A stretch of 64,000 nucleotides of DNA from the NCBI GenBank assembly GCA_005884925.1, contig VAYU01000001.1:20237-84236 (forward strand), written 5' to 3'. The translations under genes and the position numbers were made by a program. The notes beneath the pieces were generated by a model, which worked only from the letters and a program-made list of their open reading frames with translations, searched no databases and had not been told where the DNA came from. Of this stretch, positions 46,942-56,994 are shown piece after piece (the first letter of the stretch is position 1; every line of letters begins with the position of its first letter). Source of the stretch: Actinomycetota bacterium. GTDB taxonomy: Bacteria; Actinomycetota; UBA4738; HRBIN12.

Positions 46942-48308
46942 CTGACCCTCCTGTCGTTGGCCGCAACGGCGGCTTCCACCGCCGGCAGGTCGAACGTGAA
47001 CGCACTGCCGTGGCCCGGGTCGCTCTTCGCCACGATCCGACCGCCGTGGGCCTCCACGATGGATCGCGCGATCGCGAGACCGATGCCGGTCCCTCCGTCA
47101 TCCCGGGACCGAGCGGGATCGACGCGATAGAAGCGTTCGAAGACCCGAGGGAGATGCTCAGGCTGGATCCCGACGCCCGTGTCGACCACGCTGACCTGGA
47201 CGCGGGTGCCGTCGGGTCGAGCGGTCACCCGGATCTCGCCGCCGGGCGGCGTGAACCGCACCGCGTTGTCGACGAGGTTGAACAGCACTTGGTGGATCCG
47301 CTCGGCGTCGGCCTCAGCTGCCAAGTGGGTCGGGATGTCGTGCTCGATCCGGACGTCCGCGACGGAGCGACCCATGGAGATCTCGGAGATCACGCGGGAG
47401 ACGAGCGGCGCGAGCGGGACGACCTCGACCCGGAACGGAACCTCGCCCGACTCCAGCCGGGAGAGGTCGAGCAGTTGGTCGACCAGCCGCCCGAGCCGCT
47501 CGGTCTGGGACAACATCAGCTGGAGCGTCCTCGGGTCCGCGACTTCGACCCCGTCGGCCAGGTTCTCGAGGTGGGCGCGGATCGCGGTGATCGGCGTCTT
47601 CAGCTCATGCGAGACGTTGGCGACCAGATCTCGCCGGCTGCGCTCGAGATCTTCGAGCTCGGCGGTCATCCGGTTGAAGGCCGCGGCGAGCTGGCCGACC
47701 TCATCGCGGCTCCGCGCATGCACCCGCACGCTGTAATCCCCCACTTCCATCCGTCGCGCGGCCGCCGCCATGTCCCGCAACGGTTGGGTCATCCCGCGCG
47801 CTAGCCAGCGAGCCAGCAGCAGCGAGATGAGCCCAGCCACCGTGCCTGCGAGGAGGAACTGCCACCAGGAGCTTTGGAGGAACCCGAACGTCGCCGAGAT
47901 CCGCCCCAGCGAGCCTCGGGACGGTGACGGGCGGAGCACGGTCACCCAGCCACCGTCGGCCGTGGGCACGGCCGCATACGTGATCCGTCCCGTGACGCCC
48001 CAGTGCGGGACGCCGTCGTCGAACGTCGGGACCTGCAGATGGAGGTCGGCGCCCTGGATCGTGACGTTCCCGTCCGCGCTCCGGGTGACGACCATGGTGT
48101 TACCCGGGATCCGATCCAGCGAGCCGAGAGCCGCCCGGCTCGCGAGCCCGAGGGCTGCGATCTCCTCGGTATCGCGAGGCGAATTCCGAAGGTAGAACGC
48201 GATCAGCACATAGCTAACGAGCAGCGTGACGGCGACCGCGAGGACGATCACCGAGCCGAGCTTCGCGCGGATGGTCGGCAGCTTCTCGAGGGGACGCATC
48301 GCCATCAC
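46938..48308 (-). CDS. Two-component sensor histidine kinase
   Basis: Two TM segments plus HAMP, then HisKA (SHELKTP) and HATPase_c (DNAVRFT, DTGVGI, GGTGIGLAI). Confidence 0.85.
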   Translation of the reverse strand: MMAMRPLEKLPTIRAKLGSVIVLAVAVTLLVSYVLIAFYLRNSPRDTEEIAALGLASRAALGSLDRIPGNTMVVTRSADGNVTIQGADLHLQVPTFDDGVPHWGVTGRITYAAVPTADGGWVTVLRPSPSRGSLGRISATFGFLQSSWWQFLLAGTVAGLISLLLARWLARGMTQPLRDMAAAARRMEVGDYSVRVHARSRDEVGQLAAAFNRMTAELEDLERSRRDLVANVSHELKTPITAIRAHLENLADGVEVADPRTLQLMLSQTERLGRLVDQLLDLSRLESGEVPFRVEVVPLAPLVSRVISEISMGRSVADVRIEHDIPTHLAAEADAERIHQVLFNLVDNAVRFTPPGGEIRVTARPDGTRVQVSVVDTGVGIQPEHLPRVFERFYRVDPARSRDDGGTGIGLAIARSIVEAHGGRIVAKSDPGHGSAFTFDLPAVEAAVAANDRRVR

Positions 48309-48311
48309 GCG

Positions 48312-49007
48312 TCACTCCTTGAAGGCGTAGCCGACACCATGGACGGTCCGGATGAAACGAGGGTCGTTACCGTCCTCGCCGAGCTTCCGTCGGATCCGCG
48401 CGACGTGCGAATCCACCACGCGGCCGCCGGCGTAGTCGCGGTAGCCCCAGACGCGGTCCATCAGCTGATCACGGCTCAAGACCACGCCGGGCTCCCGAGC
48501 GAGCGCGAGCAGGATCTCGAACTCGAGCGGGGTGAGCGCGATCTCCTCTTCGTCGACCTCCACGCGTCGCCGAGCGGGGTCGAGGATGAGGCCATGCAGT
48601 TCGATCGGACCCGTCTCGTGATCCTGCACCCCCTTGATCCGTTCGACCCTCCTGAGGATCGCGCGGACCCGGATGGTCAGCTCGCGGAGGCTGAACGGCT
48701 TCGTGAGGTAATCGTCGGCGCCCACCGCGAACCCCGCGACCTTGTCGGCTTCCTCGGTCTTCGCCGTCAGCATGAGGACCGGGGTCCATCGATCCCGCTG
48801 GATCTGCTTACAGACCTCCAGGCCGTCCATGCCCGGGAGCATGAGGTCGAGCACGACGAGATCGGGCTGGTGCTCGAGGTGCGCCTCGATCGCCTCCGGG
48901 CCGTCGAGCGCGACGACCACCCGGTAGCCCTCGCTCTCGAGTCGAGCTCGGACCGCCTCCGCGATCGCCTCCTCATCATCGACGACCAACACGGTTTGCT
49001 CGCTCAC
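48312..49007 (-). CDS. OmpR/PhoB-family response regulator
   Basis: Receiver domain (VLVVDDEE...DLVVLDLMLPGMDG) plus a winged-helix DNA-binding domain. Confidence 0.9.
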   Translation of the reverse strand: MSEQTVLVVDDEEAIAEAVRARLESEGYRVVVALDGPEAIEAHLEHQPDLVVLDLMLPGMDGLEVCKQIQRDRWTPVLMLTAKTEEADKVAGFAVGADDYLTKPFSLRELTIRVRAILRRVERIKGVQDHETGPIELHGLILDPARRRVEVDEEEIALTPLEFEILLALAREPGVVLSRDQLMDRVWGYRDYAGGRVVDSHVARIRRKLGEDGNDPRFIRTVHGVGYAFKE

Positions 49008-49092
49008 GGGGCCAATCGTACGCGGGCGCTGTGGAGGGCGGGGTGTCCGGGCGATGGAGAAATCGTGATGGGCCAGCGGTCGTTCCCGCTGG

Positions 49093-50214
49093 TCAGGGAC
49101 CGATCGGCACGCGCTTCCAGATGTCGAGCACCATCGTGGAGATCACGAAGAACCCGAGGAAGAACAACACCGCGGCTGACACGGGCACGACCTTGCGCAT
49201 GTCGATCTTCTTCCTACGAACCTTCTCGATCAGCAGGATCGCGAGGTGGCCACCATCGAAGGGCGGCAAGGGGATCAGGTTGATGATGCCGATGAACAGC
49301 GTCACGTAGGCGAACACCCACAGGAGCGCCGCCCAGTTCCCGCTCGCGCCGATCACCCCAACCTGTTGGCCGACACCGATCACGGAGGCGACATCCTGTT
49401 GGTTCCGCGGCGCGCCCTCGAACAGCAATCGCAAGACCCGGACGACACCTTGGGGGCCGAAGGCATGGCCGATCTGCACGATGGACACCCTGGTGTACTT
49501 CCCCACGTCGGCCACGCCGCCGGCGATCGCGGGGAAGAACCCGAGGGGTTGCGGCCCGATCTCGATCCCGAGCCTCACGGTCTGTTGGTCGGTGCCCGGG
49601 TGGAGCACGATCGGGGTGACGGTCAGGGTCAAGACCTGGTCTCCACGCTGGACCTGCACCGGGATCGCCTCGTGCGCGTGCTGCGAGACGTACGGACCGA
49701 TCTGCGGGGGGGTCGGTGCGACCAGATCTCCGATGCGGGTGATGATGTCCCCGGGCTGCAGGCCCGCGACCGCCGCGGGGGAAGGCTGGTGGTCCAGCCT
49801 CGCGGGCACGTCCGCGATCACGGACACCCTGGTCCGGTCGGTCTCCCCGGTCGTCATGAGCAGGACGGAGAAGATGAGGGCCGCGACCAGGAAGTGCGAG
49901 AACGGGCCCGCCAAGATGACGAGCGCTCGTTGCCACACGGGCTTCGCTCCGTAGGCTCGGTCCTCGTCGCCGGGAGGGATGTCGTTCTCGAAGGGGTTCA
50001 TCCCCGCGATCTTCACGTAGCCGCCGGCCGGGATCGCTTTCAGGCCGTACTCGATCTCCCCACGACGGAACGACCACAGCTTCGGTCCGAACCCGACGAA
50101 GTACTCCAGGACCCGGAACCCGAACCTCCGGGCAACCAAGTAGTGCCCGAACTCGTGGATCAGGATGATCGCGAGGAGGGCGACGAAGAACGCGACGATG
50201 GCGAGGACACTCAC
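49093..50214 (-). CDS. M50 family site-2 zinc metalloprotease (RseP/Rip1-like)
   Basis: HExxH in TM1 (LIHEFGHYLVAR), a PDZ domain and LDG-like C-terminal motifs; 373 aa from the GTG at 50214. The upstream part of ORF 49093..50832 is spurious. Confidence 0.8.
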   Translation of the reverse strand: MSVLAIVAFFVALLAIILIHEFGHYLVARRFGFRVLEYFVGFGPKLWSFRRGEIEYGLKAIPAGGYVKIAGMNPFENDIPPGDEDRAYGAKPVWQRALVILAGPFSHFLVAALIFSVLLMTTGETDRTRVSVIADVPARLDHQPSPAAVAGLQPGDIITRIGDLVAPTPPQIGPYVSQHAHEAIPVQVQRGDQVLTLTVTPIVLHPGTDQQTVRLGIEIGPQPLGFFPAIAGGVADVGKYTRVSIVQIGHAFGPQGVVRVLRLLFEGAPRNQQDVASVIGVGQQVGVIGASGNWAALLWVFAYVTLFIGIINLIPLPPFDGGHLAILLIEKVRRKKIDMRKVVPVSAAVLFFLGFFVISTMVLDIWKRVPIGP

Positions 50215-50219
50215 GAGAG

Positions 50220-51377
50220 CTACCGTTCCTCGATGATCTCGACCGCGCGCTGGCGGGCCCAATGGTCCGCGCGCTCGATGCTCACGATCGAGACGACCGA
50301 GGCGGGGTCGTGCTCGTCGACCACCGACTGCACGATCTCGACGATCCGGGTCAGCGGGATCTTCCCTTCCAGGAAGGCCATCACCGCGACCTCGTTCGCT
50401 GCGTTCATCACCGCGGGGAACGTCAGTCCGAGCCCCCCGACGCGGTAGGCGAGATCCACCGCGGGGAAGGCTTCGCGGTCGATCGGCTCGAAGGTGAGCG
50501 GGCGATCGGTGAGCGGCACCGGTCCTACCCCATCCGGCAGCCGCTCCGGCCACGCGAGGGCGAGCTGGATCGGCAGCCGCATGTCGGCGGTCGCCAACTC
50601 GGCGCGGAGGCTGCCATCGCGGAACTCGGCGAGCGCGTGCACCTGCCCCTCGGGATGGATCAGGACGTGGATCTGCGAGTACTCCAGATCGAACAGGTGG
50701 TGCGCCTCGATCACCTCCAGGCCCTTGTTCATCAGGGTCGCGGAGTCGATCGTGATCTTCGGACCCATCGACCAGACGGGGTGTTGGAGGGCTTCCTTGA
50801 CCGATGCCCGGCCGAGCTCGCTCCTGGTCCAACCACGGAACGGTCCGCCCGACCCTGTGATCACGACCCGCTTGAGATCCTCCCGGCGTTCGTGACGGAG
50901 CGCCATCGCCAGGGCCGCATGCTCCGAGTCCACCGGGAGCAGGCGCTCGGGCTCGCCCTTCACGAGATCCATCACGAGCTCGCCACCGACCACCAACGAT
51001 TCCTTGTTGGCGAGCGCAACCGTCTTCCCTGCCTGGAGCGCTGCCAGCGTCGGAGCAAGACCGGCCGACCCGACCAGACCGTTCAGGACGAAATCGGCGT
51101 CGGTCTTCGCCGCGATGATCTCCGCAGCGTCGGGGCCGATGATCAACTCGACCCCCTTCACCTGTCCGAGCTTGGCCTTGATGTCGGCAGCGGCGTTCTC
51201 GTCCGCGATGGCGATGAAGGGGGGAAGGAACTCTCGAGCCTGGCCGACCAGGAGCTCCTGGTTCATCCCGGCCGCCGACAACCCCACGATCTTGAACCGC
51301 TCCGGGTGCCGCCGCACGACGTCGAGCGCTTGGGTCCCGATCGACCCGGTCGAGCCGAGGATGGTGATCGACCGCAT
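50220..51377 (-). CDS. dxr: 1-deoxy-D-xylulose 5-phosphate reductoisomerase Dxr
   Basis: ITILGSTGSIGTQAL...; 385 aa. Confidence 0.95.
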   Translation of the reverse strand: MRSITILGSTGSIGTQALDVVRRHPERFKIVGLSAAGMNQELLVGQAREFLPPFIAIADENAAADIKAKLGQVKGVELIIGPDAAEIIAAKTDADFVLNGLVGSAGLAPTLAALQAGKTVALANKESLVVGGELVMDLVKGEPERLLPVDSEHAALAMALRHERREDLKRVVITGSGGPFRGWTRSELGRASVKEALQHPVWSMGPKITIDSATLMNKGLEVIEAHHLFDLEYSQIHVLIHPEGQVHALAEFRDGSLRAELATADMRLPIQLALAWPERLPDGVGPVPLTDRPLTFEPIDREAFPAVDLAYRVGGLGLTFPAVMNAANEVAVMAFLEGKIPLTRIVEIVQSVVDEHDPASVVSIVSIERADHWARQRAVEIIEER

Positions 51378-51423
51378 GGCGACGAGCTTACTCCGGCCCT
51401 GTCCGAACGCTACGAACCGGACG

Positions 51424-52977
51424 TTACGTGAAGATCACGCGGAAGAGCAGGAAGGTGGCCGGAGCCACGAACAGGAGAGAATCGATCCGGTCGAGGACCC
51501 CGCCGTGACCCGGGAGCACCGTTCCCATGTCCTTCACACCGACATCCCGCTTCACGATGGACTCGGCGAGATCGCCCAGCGTGGCCGCGATCGCCACCAC
51601 AAGGCCGAGCAGCAGTGCATCGATCCGCCGGTTCTCGAACGGGGCCACGAAGGATGTGACGAACGCGCCGGACGCCACGACGGTTGCGAACGTGCCACCC
51701 AGCAAGCCTTCCCACGACTTCTTCGGACTCACGTTCGGGGCGAGCGGGCGCTGGAACCAGCCGCCGCCGGATACCGATCCGATCAAGAAGGCAGCTGTGT
51801 CGAACAGGAACGTGAGCAGGATGATCGCGAACACGAGGGCCTTGCCATCGTCCAGCTTCAGGGTGGCGATCAGGTATCCGCCGAGCAGGGGGATCCAGGC
51901 CATGTTCAGCACCGTCATGCCGATGTTCCGGGTGACGTTCGTCCGATGTTCCGCGGGGACGGTCATGAACCACAGGAAGGTGGCCATCACACCGAGCGCG
52001 AACATCGCGGGGGTCGCCGCCTCGCCGCGGAAGTACGCCCCCGCCATCATCAGCACCCCTGCGACGAGCCCGACGAGGGTCGCGGGCTGGTTGTGCGCCT
52101 TCACCATGACGCCGAACAGCTCGCCCTGCGCGACCAGCACGGCGATGCCGGCCACGACGGCGAACGCCGCTGGGCCCGCCCACAACGCGGCGAGCGCGAC
52201 GCCCGCGAGGAGCACCCCGGTCATGAACGCGGCCGGCACGTCCCGTTCACCGCTCTGCGGGCCGCGGCGGTCGAGGTCGGCCCCGACCTCGACCGCCGCA
52301 GGCTCCTGCCAGCTCGGACCACTGATGCCCTCGCCGCCGACGACCACGGTCCTCGGCAGCCCGTCGGGGTCCCGGAGGTCCGAGAGCAGATCCGCCTCGA
52401 CGTCCTCGGACGAAGCAGACGCGGGGGCACCCAGATCGGAGAGGAGATCACCGACCTCGCTTCCGCCGAGCGCATCCACCGGTTCCGTCGCGTAGGAGCC
52501 TTCGCCGGCCATCGAACCGGAGAAATGCGCCGCGGCGGCTTCGAGATCTTCCTCGGACGGCTCACCCTCGAGGGGTGAGGCCTCGTCCGACTCGAACACG
52601 TCGGGTTCCGTCCCGCCGGCACCTGCCACGTCGGCGAGCTCGGCCCCGTCGATCACGACGACCTCCTGCCCGGCGCCAGCCTCGGCGGCCGGCTCGCCCA
52701 GGATGTCGTCGATGGGCTCGAGCGCGCCCGAATCTTCCCACGCGTCGTCCGGTTCGCCCTCGGGTGTCGCCTCGTCGGTCTCCGCCGAGGTCACGTCCGT
52801 CATCCGTACTTCCTGGGTCGCCTCCGGTGACTCCTCCGAACGCACCTCCACGTGGGACTCCTGCGGCGTGCGTTCGGGGCTCTCCTCAGGTTCGTCCCAA
52901 TCGACGTCGCGGATCGGTGCGAAGAACTTATCCAGGTCTTCGAAGAGATCTTCGCCGTCGCCCTTGTCGTTGGCCAT
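51424..52977 (-). CDS. cdsA: Phosphatidate cytidylyltransferase CdsA with a ~230-aa acidic, low-complexity N-terminal extension
   Basis: The C-terminal ~285 aa form a canonical CdsA membrane domain (...SWEGLLGGTFATVV...GDLAESIVKRDVGVKDMGTVLPGHGGVLDRIDSLLF). The N-terminal part is D/E-rich (MANDKGDGEDLFEDLDKFFAPIRDVDWDEPEE...) and in frame, starting right after the frr stop. Confidence 0.75.
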   Translation of the reverse strand: MANDKGDGEDLFEDLDKFFAPIRDVDWDEPEESPERTPQESHVEVRSEESPEATQEVRMTDVTSAETDEATPEGEPDDAWEDSGALEPIDDILGEPAAEAGAGQEVVVIDGAELADVAGAGGTEPDVFESDEASPLEGEPSEEDLEAAAAHFSGSMAGEGSYATEPVDALGGSEVGDLLSDLGAPASASSEDVEADLLSDLRDPDGLPRTVVVGGEGISGPSWQEPAAVEVGADLDRRGPQSGERDVPAAFMTGVLLAGVALAALWAGPAAFAVVAGIAVLVAQGELFGVMVKAHNQPATLVGLVAGVLMMAGAYFRGEAATPAMFALGVMATFLWFMTVPAEHRTNVTRNIGMTVLNMAWIPLLGGYLIATLKLDDGKALVFAIILLTFLFDTAAFLIGSVSGGGWFQRPLAPNVSPKKSWEGLLGGTFATVVASGAFVTSFVAPFENRRIDALLLGLVVAIAATLGDLAESIVKRDVGVKDMGTVLPGHGGVLDRIDSLLFVAPATFLLFRVIFT

Positions 52978-53538
52978 CTAGACCTCCATCAGCTCCTGCT
53001 CCTTGTGACCCTGGATCTCGTCGACCTCGGTCACGAAGCGGTCGGTAAGCTTCTGCAGCTCCTTCTCGGCCCTGATCAGGTCATCTTGGGAGATGGCGCC
53101 TCCGTGCTCAAGCTTCTCCATCTCCTCCTTGGCATGTCGCCGGACGTTTCGGACGGCAACCCTGGCCTCCTCGGCTCGATGGTGGACCTGTTTGACGAGC
53201 TCCTTCCTGCGTTCCTCGGTCAGTGGCGGGAAGGCGAGACGGATCACGTTACCGTCGTTGCTGGGCGTGATACCAAGGTCGCTCTGCATGATCGCGCGTT
53301 CGATCGAGGAGATCGCGCTCTTGTCGAACGGTTGGATCAGCAGGAGCCGTGGCTCGGGGACGGACACACCGGCGAGCTGGTTGAGCGGGACCGGCGTCCC
53401 GTAGTACTCGACCTTCACGCGGTTGATGACGGCCGGCGCCGCGCGCCCCGTCCGGATCCCGGCCAGGTCGTCCTTCAGATGGGCGACCGCCTGCTCCATC
53501 TTGTGGGTGGCGTCCTTGGATGCGGTTTCGATCGTCAT
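52978..53538 (-). CDS. frr: Ribosome recycling factor
   Basis: 186 aa; typical Frr. Confidence 0.95.
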   Translation of the reverse strand: MTIETASKDATHKMEQAVAHLKDDLAGIRTGRAAPAVINRVKVEYYGTPVPLNQLAGVSVPEPRLLLIQPFDKSAISSIERAIMQSDLGITPSNDGNVIRLAFPPLTEERRKELVKQVHHRAEEARVAVRNVRRHAKEEMEKLEHGGAISQDDLIRAEKELQKLTDRFVTEVDEIQGHKEQELMEV

Positions 53539-53544
53539 GGGTCC

Positions 53545-54288
53545 TCAGTGCACGAGGGTGCCGATCGGTTCTCCCGTCACGACCCGTCGGATGTTCCCCT
53601 CCTCGCGGAGATCGAACACGATGATCGGGAGCTTGTTCTCCATCGACAGGGACACCGCGGTCGCGTCCATGACACCGTAGCCCTCGCGGAGGAAATCACC
53701 GTACGCGAGCAGGTCGAGCCGCTCGGCCGATGGGTCGAGCTGCGGGTCGGCAGTGTAGACCCCGTCGACCTTCGTCCCTTTGAGCAGCGCATCGGCATGG
53801 ATCTCAAGCGCGCGTTGGGCGGCGCACGTGTCGGTGGAGAAGTACGGGACGCCGAGACCGGCCGCGAAGATCACGACGCGGCCCTTCTCCAGATGGCGGA
53901 TCGCGCGGAGCGGGACGAACGGCTCGGCGACCTGGCTCATGGTGATCGCCGTCTGCACCCGCGTGGCGACGTGGATCTTCTCCAACGCGTCCTGGAGCGC
54001 GAGCGCGTTCATCACCGTCGCCAGCATCCCCATGTAATCCGCGCGGTTCCGATCGATCCCAGGCGCCTGACGACCACGCCAGATGTTGCCGCCCCCCACG
54101 ACCACCGCCGGCTGGATGCCGAGATCCACCACCTCTGCGAGCTGTCGGGCGACGAGCGCGGTCGCGCCGTCCGAGATCCCGGAACCCGAGTCGTGTGCGA
54201 ACGCCTCGCCGGAGAGCTTCAGCAGGACCCGATGGTACGTGGGTCGTGCGTCTCCGCCGTCGCTCATGCGCCTGGTCGTCCCCTCCAC
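53545..54288 (-). CDS. pyrH: UMP kinase PyrH
   Basis: [13 protein letters not shown]...GGGNIWRG...; alternative start at 54267 (MSDGG). Confidence 0.9.
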   Translation of the reverse strand: MEGTTRRMSDGGDARPTYHRVLLKLSGEAFAHDSGSGISDGATALVARQLAEVVDLGIQPAVVVGGGNIWRGRQAPGIDRNRADYMGMLATVMNALALQDALEKIHVATRVQTAITMSQVAEPFVPLRAIRHLEKGRVVIFAAGLGVPYFSTDTCAAQRALEIHADALLKGTKVDGVYTADPQLDPSAERLDLLAYGDFLREGYGVMDATAVSLSMENKLPIIVFDLREEGNIRRVVTGEPIGTLVH

Positions 54289-54324
54289 TGGTCGGCGGCA
54301 CTCGGTCGGGGCCAGCTTACCCGC

Positions 54325-54933
54325 CTACTCCAGGTCCTCGCCCAGCCGGTACCGGGTGAACCGTCTCACGGCCACCTTCTCGCCCGTCTTGGCACCGACC
54401 TCGTCCAGAAGGCTCTGGATCGTTTTCGTGTCGTCCTTGACGAACGGTTGGTCCAGCAAGACGTTGTCCTTGAAGAACGCCTCGAGTTTCCCTTCGACGA
54501 TCCGGGGGATCACCTGATCGGCCTTCCCCAGATCGATCGCTTGCTTCTCGAAGATCTTCCGCTCGTGCTCGAGGGTCGCGGCCGGCACGTCGTCGCGGCT
54601 GAGCCAGTGCGGCGCCGCGGGACTGGCGATATGCAGCGCGAGATCCTTCACGAGCGCACGGAACTCATCGGTGTTCGCCACGAAATCCGTCTCGCAGTTC
54701 ACCTCGATCAGCACGCCGACCGTGTTGTTGAAATGGATGTAGGCATCGATCAGGCCCTGGTTGGCGCTCCGACCGGCGCGCTTCGCCTGGCTGGCCAGAC
54801 CCTTCTCGCGGAGGATCTCGGTGGCGCGCTCGGCATCGCCGTCGGCCTCGATCAGCGCACGCTTGCAATCCATCATGCCGGCGCCGGTCGCTTCGCGAAG
54901 CGCCTTCACCATGGCAGCCGTGATGTCCGGCAT
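54325..54933 (-). CDS. tsf: Elongation factor Ts, short form (202 aa, Thermus-like length)
   Basis: [27 protein letters not shown]... UBA-like N-terminus plus a single dimerisation/core domain. Confidence 0.9.
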   Translation of the reverse strand: MPDITAAMVKALREATGAGMMDCKRALIEADGDAERATEILREKGLASQAKRAGRSANQGLIDAYIHFNNTVGVLIEVNCETDFVANTDEFRALVKDLALHIASPAAPHWLSRDDVPAATLEHERKIFEKQAIDLGKADQVIPRIVEGKLEAFFKDNVLLDQPFVKDDTKTIQSLLDEVGAKTGEKVAVRRFTRYRLGEDLE

Positions 54934-55838
54934 CTCAGGTTTCCTCCGCGTCGCTTCCCACCGGTGCGTTCCTCGGTGGGTTCGGCCACGATCTCGGGCT
55001 CGGCCACGTCGGGCTCGAAGACGGTCGTCGCCGCGATCGCGGCGGCTTCCTCCGCAGAAGGCGTCTCATCGACGGCGGCCGGCGCGGCTTGGGGCCGGGG
55101 ACCGGACGGGACGGGCGGAGCCTGGGCGGTGGATCGTTCGATGACGTCGTCCTTCGCCATCCCGTACCCCTCAGCGAGGGCATCGGCGAGCACGCGGGTC
55201 ACCAAGCTCACGGCGCGGATCGCGTCGTCGTTGCCGGGGATGACGTAGTCGACCTCGTCGGGGTCGCAGTTGGTGTCCACGATCGCGATCACGGGGATGT
55301 TGAGCTTCCGAGCCTCGGTGACCGCGATGTGCTCCTTCTTCGTGTCGATCACGAAGATGGCGTCGGGCAGCCGCTCGAGGTTCTGGATCCCTCCGAGGTT
55401 CCGTTCGAGCTTCTCTCGCTCATGACGCAGGCGGATCGCCTCTTTCTTGGGAAGGCGTTCCATGGCCCCGGTCTCCTCCATCTCCCCGAGCTCCCGAAGA
55501 CGCAACAGCCGGCCCCGGATCGTGCTGAAGTTCGTCAGCATGCCGCCCAGCCATCGGTTGTTGACGAACGGCATGTTGATCCGGGTCGCGTAGCCCGAGA
55601 CGACCTCCTGGGCCTGCTTCTTCGTCCCGATGAACAGGACGATCCCGCGACGACGGCCGAGCCCCTGGACGAAGGCGTGCGCTTCCTCGAGCCCGGACAA
55701 CGATTGCTCGAGGTCGATGATGTAGATTCCGGAACGCTCCCCGAAGAGGTACCGCTGCATCTTCGGGTTCCACCGTCGCGTCTGGTGGCCGAAGTGCACG
55801 CCCGCCTCGAGGAGCTCCCGCCGGGTGACGACCGGCAT
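54906..55838 (-). CDS. rpsB: 30S ribosomal protein S2, with an A/E/P-rich C-terminal tail
   Basis: Start at [27 protein letters not shown] within ORF 54906..55913. The 3' end overlaps the tsf start by 28 nt. Confidence 0.9.
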   Translation of the reverse strand: MPVVTRRELLEAGVHFGHQTRRWNPKMQRYLFGERSGIYIIDLEQSLSGLEEAHAFVQGLGRRRGIVLFIGTKKQAQEVVSGYATRINMPFVNNRWLGGMLTNFSTIRGRLLRLRELGEMEETGAMERLPKKEAIRLRHEREKLERNLGGIQNLERLPDAIFVIDTKKEHIAVTEARKLNIPVIAIVDTNCDPDEVDYVIPGNDDAIRAVSLVTRVLADALAEGYGMAKDDVIERSTAQAPPVPSGPRPQAAPAAVDETPSAEEAAAIAATTVFEPDVAEPEIVAEPTEERTGGKRRGGNLRCRTSRLPW

Positions 55839-55985
55839 GTGCTGCTCCTTTCGGTTGTTCCTCCGCTCGGATCGGCCCGATGACGGCCCGCAGATCCTGC
55901 GGGACCCCGGCATGCGGTTCCCGAGCGTGTGTGCTCGGCGCGAGGATGCGCCGGCAACGGCAGTCTATCAGCGACGATGCAACGG

Positions 55986-56813
55986 TCAGCCGCGCCGGCC
56001 GGCCCTCGGCGGAGGCGCGTCGGCCACGTGCGCGCCGATCGCCAGGTAGCGGAACGCGAACATCGCGACGGCCGCCATCTGCAGCACATTGATCAGGATC
56101 GAGGCAGCCCACGCGCCGACCGACGGGTTGACCCCGATCAGGCTGCCAGGAAGCGGCGCGAGCAAGAGGGCGAACGACGGGACCGCGTAGAGCACCGCGA
56201 GCGTGAGGTTGTTCGACCCGGGCAGCCGCGCAGCCCGGACCGCCTTGGACATCGTGACCGGCAGGGAGAGGTCCTCATCGGCCGAGATCGCTGGAGCGAA
56301 GGCGAAGAGGTAGACACCGGCGACCAGGAGCGCCACGGCGAGGATGAACCCGATCCCCCCACCGAGGAGTTGAACGAAGTTCGCGACGATCAGCACCCCG
56401 AGGTTGACCACGGCGACCGCTATCGCCACCGGCAAAACGTGGATCGCTCGACGGAAGGTCCAGGCGGAGACCGATCCGGTTCGCATCCGCTCCACCGCGA
56501 CGGTGGTCACGAGCGCCTGGAGGGCCGCGTGGAGCACCAGGAACGCGGTGATGCCGCCGAGTGGCGCGAGCGCCGCTCCCGGACCGGTCGCTCCGACCGC
56601 GGAGAAGATGTTCGAGGCGAGCGAGACGTCGGTGGAGGTCGAGAGGGGCGGGATCGCGAACGCCGCTCCCAGGATCGTGAACGGCCCTTGGAAACCGAAG
56701 GCCAGAAGGACGAGCCACTCGATCATGATCACGACGGGCACGGCCGCGACGAGCGCCGGCGTCGCGAGGATCGTGGCGAGCCCCCGCGTGATCGAGGTGC
56801 GGATCTTGGGCAT
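55986..56813 (-). CDS. Hypothetical polytopic membrane protein
   Basis: ORF 55986..57038 (-). The hydrophobic body starts at MPKIRTSITRGLATILATPALVAAV (56813). It is unclear whether the Arg/Pro-rich upstream region, including the PAPR x3 repeat, is translated. Confidence 0.45.
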   Translation of the reverse strand: MPKIRTSITRGLATILATPALVAAVPVVIMIEWLVLLAFGFQGPFTILGAAFAIPPLSTSTDVSLASNIFSAVGATGPGAALAPLGGITAFLVLHAALQALVTTVAVERMRTGSVSAWTFRRAIHVLPVAIAVAVVNLGVLIVANFVQLLGGGIGFILAVALLVAGVYLFAFAPAISADEDLSLPVTMSKAVRAARLPGSNNLTLAVLYAVPSFALLLAPLPGSLIGVNPSVGAWAASILINVLQMAAVAMFAFRYLAIGAHVADAPPPRAGRRG

Positions 56814-56864
56814 GGGCACCGCGCTCGGGCCACGGGGAGCGAAGATCGAGTCGAGGAAGCCCTT

Positions 56865-56912
56865 CCGAGGCGCCGGCCGAGGCGCCGGCCGAGGCGCCGG
56901 CCGGAGAGCGGG
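56865..56912. repeat. Tandem 12-bp repeat (CGAGGCGCCGGC x3 plus a degenerate fourth unit)
   Basis: Seen directly in the sequence. On the minus strand it would encode (PAPR)x3 if translated. Confidence 0.6.
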
Positions 56913-56994
56913 CGCGCGCGCCGCCGGCGCACGGTACGAGGGAGGGGGCCGGCGTTGCTGCTTCTTGCGACGGTTGCTCACGACGATCGCCCCA

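Noticed and set aside
56865-56912. Tandem repeat considered as a possible CRISPR or minisatellite
   Set aside because: There are only 3-4 copies of a 12-bp unit with no spacers and no cas genes. It is not a CRISPR array.
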